The notes under the pieces: generated by a model
The model's input: only the letters and a program-made list of their open reading frames with translations
The model's database searches: none
Told to the model about the DNA's origin: nothing
NCBI RefSeq assembly: GCF_000091665.1
Contig: NC_000909.1
Span: 1,309,460-1,341,459, forward strand
Origin: Methanocaldococcus jannaschii DSM 2661
Lineage (GTDB): Archaea > AGJL01 > Methanococci > Methanococcales > Methanocaldococcaceae
Direction: 5' to 3'
DNA: 32,000 nucleotides
Position numbers and translations under genes: made by a program
In this document: positions 28,544-32,000 of the stretch, in pieces
Layout of the letters: every line of letters begins with the position of its first letter
Position numbering within the stretch: the stretch's first letter is position 1

Positions 28544-28873
28544 TTAGGGCGGAGATTCATCATTAATCAACACATTTTTCAATACAGTATTTTCACTGCT
28601 CATTGTCTTTTTAATGACATTAAAATAATCATTCTTCTTAAAATAAACATCTTTAATCCTTTCTCCTTTCAATTCAGGACATGCATTTAAAACTAAATCA
28701 TAAAGATCAGTATTTTTTATACCCTCTAATACCTTTTTTATTAATTTATCATTATCTTTATGCATATCGATAATTCTTCTTACCATAATAATCTTAATAC
28801 CAATAAATTTTGCTTTTGAGTTTATGGTATTTAAGTCATTGATGATTTTTTCATACTCATCCATACCTTTCAC
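28544..28873 (-). CDS. Hypothetical protein (109 aa)
   Basis: Track ORF in a plausible coding context, with a possible alternative start at M4. It is co-oriented with and upstream of the Roadblock-like gene. I recognise no family. Confidence 0.4.
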   Translation of the reverse strand: MKGMDEYEKIINDLNTINSKAKFIGIKIIMVRRIIDMHKDNDKLIKKVLEGIKNTDLYDLVLNACPELKGERIKDVYFKKNDYFNVIKKTMSSENTVLKNVLINDESPP

Positions 28874-29060
28874 CTTTTTTCATTTCTTTCAAAAATTTGA
28901 AAAATTTTACATCCTCTTTTTTTCTATTTGATTGTATATAGTGGAGATTTTAGTATAAATAAATTTTAGAACAGGTTTTAGATATTTTTATTAATCCGAA
29001 TATATAAATAAAGAATAGTAAAAATAAAAATATGAAAAATTTAAAATAAATAAAAATCAA

Positions 29061-30317
29061 TTATTCAAATTCTAAATCCATTCCCTCCAATCTTCTCTTA
29101 AACTCCTCTAATACCATATCTTCATACTTCTCTTCAGTTGTTGGATTGCCGTTCTCATCTTTAGCAACAAAGCATGCTGCTAATCTTAAATAATGCCCTG
29201 CATCATCCCATGGAACTGTTGAAATAAGTTTTTCTTTAATTAAGTATTGGGAGAAATCCTCAGCTGTTTTAAATTCAATACCATTAGCTTTTGTTGGTGA
29301 TTTTACATATAAATAAAAAGTTCCTCCAGGCATTCTTGCTTTAAATCCAACTTCATTTAATATCTTAACCATCTTTCTTAACCTTCTCTCATACTTCTGT
29401 CTAACTCTTTCTGTAATTTCTGGATGTTGCAAACAATAAATTCCAGCTTTTTGGATTGGGATGAACTGCCCACTATCAAAGTTGTCTTTAACTGTTGCAA
29501 ACGCTTTAATTATAAGTTCATTCCCAACCAAAAATGCCAATCTCCAACCGGTCATGTTGAATGCCTTTGAAAAGCTATGGATTTCAACTCCAACCTCCTT
29601 AGCATCTTTAACTGATAAGAATGAAAGAGGCTTTCCATCATAAACCAAAGCTCCATAAGCAGCATCTTGAACAACGATAACCTCATTTTCAAAAGCAAAA
29701 TCAACAACCTCTTTGTAGAATTTCTTTGTAGCTTGTGCTCCAGTAGGGTTGTTTGGATAATTGAGATATAATATCTTTGCTCTCTTCTTGATATCTTCTG
29801 GAATGCTCTCTAAATCTGGTAAGAAGTCATTCTCCTCTAATAATGGGAGATTATAAACCTCTCCCCCATACCATTTTGTGTGTGTTGCTGTAACTGGATA
29901 GCCAGGGACTGTCATTAGGCAAACATCTCCAGGGTTTATAAATGCTGATGTTATATAAGCTAAAGCTGGTTTTGAACCTATTGAGTGTATAACCTCATTA
30001 ACTGGGTCTATATCCTTAACTCCATAAACCTTCTCCATGTATGGAGGAACGGCATCTTTTAACTCCTGTATTCCGTTATCCGCATATCCTCTGTTTTCCC
30101 ATTTTTTAGCCTCCTCACACAAAACTCTTATAACCTCCGGGTCTGCCATCTCATCTGGTTCTCCAACACCCATATCAATTAATTCCATATCAGGGTGTCT
30201 TTTCATTGCCTCTTGCTTAGCTCTCTTAATTTTCTCAAACTTGTAAATTACATCTTCTTTCCCAAACTTCTTTCCACCAATTCTCTCAGCAAATAAGTTT
30301 TGTATGTAACTTTCCAT
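29061..30317 (-). CDS. dapL: LL-diaminopimelate aminotransferase (DapL-type class I PLP aminotransferase)
   Basis: The PLP-lysine motif is SFSKAFNMTGWRLAF, and the N-terminal ...IDMGVGEPD is also present. The length is 418 aa. My recollection is that the methanococcal DapL is this gene. GGTGAT lies 4 nt upstream of the ATG. Confidence 0.75.
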   Translation of the reverse strand: MESYIQNLFAERIGGKKFGKEDVIYKFEKIKRAKQEAMKRHPDMELIDMGVGEPDEMADPEVIRVLCEEAKKWENRGYADNGIQELKDAVPPYMEKVYGVKDIDPVNEVIHSIGSKPALAYITSAFINPGDVCLMTVPGYPVTATHTKWYGGEVYNLPLLEENDFLPDLESIPEDIKKRAKILYLNYPNNPTGAQATKKFYKEVVDFAFENEVIVVQDAAYGALVYDGKPLSFLSVKDAKEVGVEIHSFSKAFNMTGWRLAFLVGNELIIKAFATVKDNFDSGQFIPIQKAGIYCLQHPEITERVRQKYERRLRKMVKILNEVGFKARMPGGTFYLYVKSPTKANGIEFKTAEDFSQYLIKEKLISTVPWDDAGHYLRLAACFVAKDENGNPTTEEKYEDMVLEEFKRRLEGMDLEFE

Positions 30318-30791
30318 TTTATCACCAAATTGGCATTTTTAGTTTTTGCGGAGCATTTTAAAAGAATATATGGGTAGTAATGAATGCCTTCCTTTAGTAA
30401 GGTATTTTTTAATTTTAATAACTTTTGCAAAAACTACTTGTTTTAATGTAAGTAAATTTTAACAAATATAAAAATTTCGCTATTGTTTTGTATTAAATCT
30501 TTAATGCGAGTATTTTATGACTTTCGTATAGTATCTTTCAAAAATAATAAAAATTTTATAAAGATTATTAATAAAGTTAATGGGGCTTTCGCAGGAATAA
30601 AATCTTTAAAAGAAATCTTAATTTATAAATTTAAATTTAAAGATGTATATTACCAACTTTTTAGTCCAGAACTATTTCCCACATAAATTTTAAATATACA
30701 ATATCAAATATCTTTGAGATGATTCAATTTTATCATCAGATTCATTATGAGTATTTAAATTTCATTAAATTATTTTTTATGAGGGATTGTT

Positions 30792-32000
30792 ATGATGGTA
30801 AGGATATTTGATACAACACTTAGAGATGGAGAGCAAACACCAGGAGTTTCTTTAACACCAAATGATAAGTTAGAGATAGCAAAAAAATTGGATGAGCTTG
30901 GAGTTGATGTTATAGAGGCAGGTTCAGCTATAACTTCAAAAGGAGAGAGAGAAGGAATAAAATTAATAACAAAAGAAGGTTTAAATGCAGAAATCTGCTC
31001 ATTTGTTAGAGCTTTACCTGTAGATATTGATGCTGCCTTAGAATGTGATGTAGATAGTGTCCATTTAGTAGTGCCAACATCTCCAATACACATGAAATAT
31101 AAGCTTAGAAAAACAGAAGATGAGGTTTTAGAGACAGCTTTAAAGGCTGTAGAGTATGCTAAAGAACATGGATTGATTGTTGAGTTATCTGCAGAGGATG
31201 CAACAAGAAGTGATGTAAATTTCTTAATAAAACTATTTAATGAAGGGGAAAAGGTTGGAGCAGACAGAGTTTGTGTTTGTGACACAGTAGGAGTTTTAAC
31301 TCCACAAAAGAGTCAGGAATTATTTAAAAAAATAACTGAAAATGTTAATTTACCGGTCTCAGTTCATTGCCACAACGACTTTGGAATGGCTACTGCTAAT
31401 ACTTGCTCAGCAGTTTTAGGTGGAGCTGTTCAGTGCCACGTAACAGTTAATGGTATTGGAGAGAGAGCAGGAAATGCCTCATTGGAAGAGGTTGTTGCTG
31501 CTTTAAAAATACTCTATGGCTATGATACTAAGATAAAGATGGAAAAGTTATATGAGGTTTCAAGAATTGTCTCAAGATTGATGAAACTTCCTGTTCCACC
31601 AAATAAAGCAATTGTTGGGGACAATGCATTTGCTCATGAAGCAGGAATACATGTTGATGGATTAATAAAAAATACTGAAACCTATGAGCCAATAAAACCA
31701 GAAATGGTTGGGAATAGAAGAAGAATTATTTTGGGTAAGCATTCTGGTAGAAAAGCTTTAAAATACAAACTTGATTTGATGGGCATAAACGTTAGTGATG
31801 AGCAATTAAATAAAATATATGAAAGAGTTAAAGAATTTGGGGATTTGGGTAAATACATTTCAGACGCTGATTTGTTGGCTATAGTTAGAGAAGTTACTGG
31901 AAAATTGGTAGAAGAGAAAATCAAATTAGATGAATTAACTGTTGTATCTGGAAATAAAATAACACCAATTGCATCTGTTAAACTCCATTATAAAGGAGAA
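30792..32000 (+). CDS. cimA: (R)-citramalate synthase / 2-isopropylmalate synthase family (partial, continues past window end)
   Basis: Absent from the ORF track because it runs off the edge. My translation is [46 protein letters not shown]...[13 protein letters not shown]...[14 protein letters not shown]..., with no stops through 32000 (403 codons). The family call is secure. The CimA assignment is from memory of the M. jannaschii enzyme sequence. Confidence 0.8.
   Translation, partial: MMVRIFDTTLRDGEQTPGVSLTPNDKLEIAKKLDELGVDVIEAGSAITSKGEREGIKLITKEGLNAEICSFVRALPVDIDAALECDVDSVHLVVPTSPIHMKYKLRKTEDEVLETALKAVEYAKEHGLIVELSAEDATRSDVNFLIKLFNEGEKVGADRVCVCDTVGVLTPQKSQELFKKITENVNLPVSVHCHNDFGMATANTCSAVLGGAVQCHVTVNGIGERAGNASLEEVVAALKILYGYDTKIKMEKLYEVSRIVSRLMKLPVPPNKAIVGDNAFAHEAGIHVDGLIKNTETYEPIKPEMVGNRRRIILGKHSGRKALKYKLDLMGINVSDEQLNKIYERVKEFGDLGKYISDADLLAIVREVTGKLVEEKIKLDELTVVSGNKITPIASVKLHYKGE

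Noticed and set aside
30483-30686. 67-aa plus-strand ORF (TTG start) in the dapL/cimA spacer, and the 60-aa minus ORF at 30248-30430
   Set aside because: They have a non-ATG start, no Shine-Dalgarno site and an Asn/Lys/Phe/Ile composition indistinguishable from translated AT-rich spacer. The minus ORF overlaps the dapL 5' end out of frame.
30770-31285. 171-aa minus-strand ORF, and the 80-aa one at 31682-31924
   Set aside because: Both lie antisense to the strongly conserved citramalate/isopropylmalate synthase reading frame. They are Ser/Thr/Phe-rich low-complexity shadow ORFs.

Overview
This is an AT-rich archaeal chromosome segment with GGTGA-type Shine-Dalgarno sites. Gene content and protein sequences match what I remember of Methanocaldococcus jannaschii around MJ1359-MJ1392; those locus tags are from memory and unverified. 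I call about 36 protein genes, one tRNA-Ser(GCU) with a clear BRE/TATA promoter, and one degenerate two-repeat CRISPR remnant. Most of the window is housekeeping: truD, prs, wtpBC, uppS, rlmE, gltX, split carB, trm56, larC, an AdoHcy-hydrolase-family gene, dapL, cimA and two Ehb-type hydrogenase subunits.

The main non-housekeeping signals:
- carB is split in frame by a roughly 0.9-kb cassette holding a tiny membrane ORF, an MNT antitoxin and a HEPN toxin. The cassette is flanked by a codon-aligned 17-nt direct repeat exactly 900 nt apart.
- The HEPN gene is frameshifted exactly inside its Rx4H catalytic motif.
- There are two paralogous PUA-like/EVE-domain genes.
- A tightly overlapping operon joins two methanogen-marker proteins of unknown function to uppS and a sequon-rich lipoprotein.
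- A tandem pair of damaged small membrane-protein paralogs sits between trm56 and larC.
- An orphan CRISPR remnant has no cas genes nearby.
- Several palindromes or hairpins lie in promoter regions.

I see no complete, clearly novel multi-gene defence system. The split-carB cassette is the most unusual structure. Three features are missing from the supplied ORF track because they run off a window edge or are shorter than 60 aa: the KaiC-like gene (1-425), cimA (30792-32000) and the 53-aa ORF (18873-19034).
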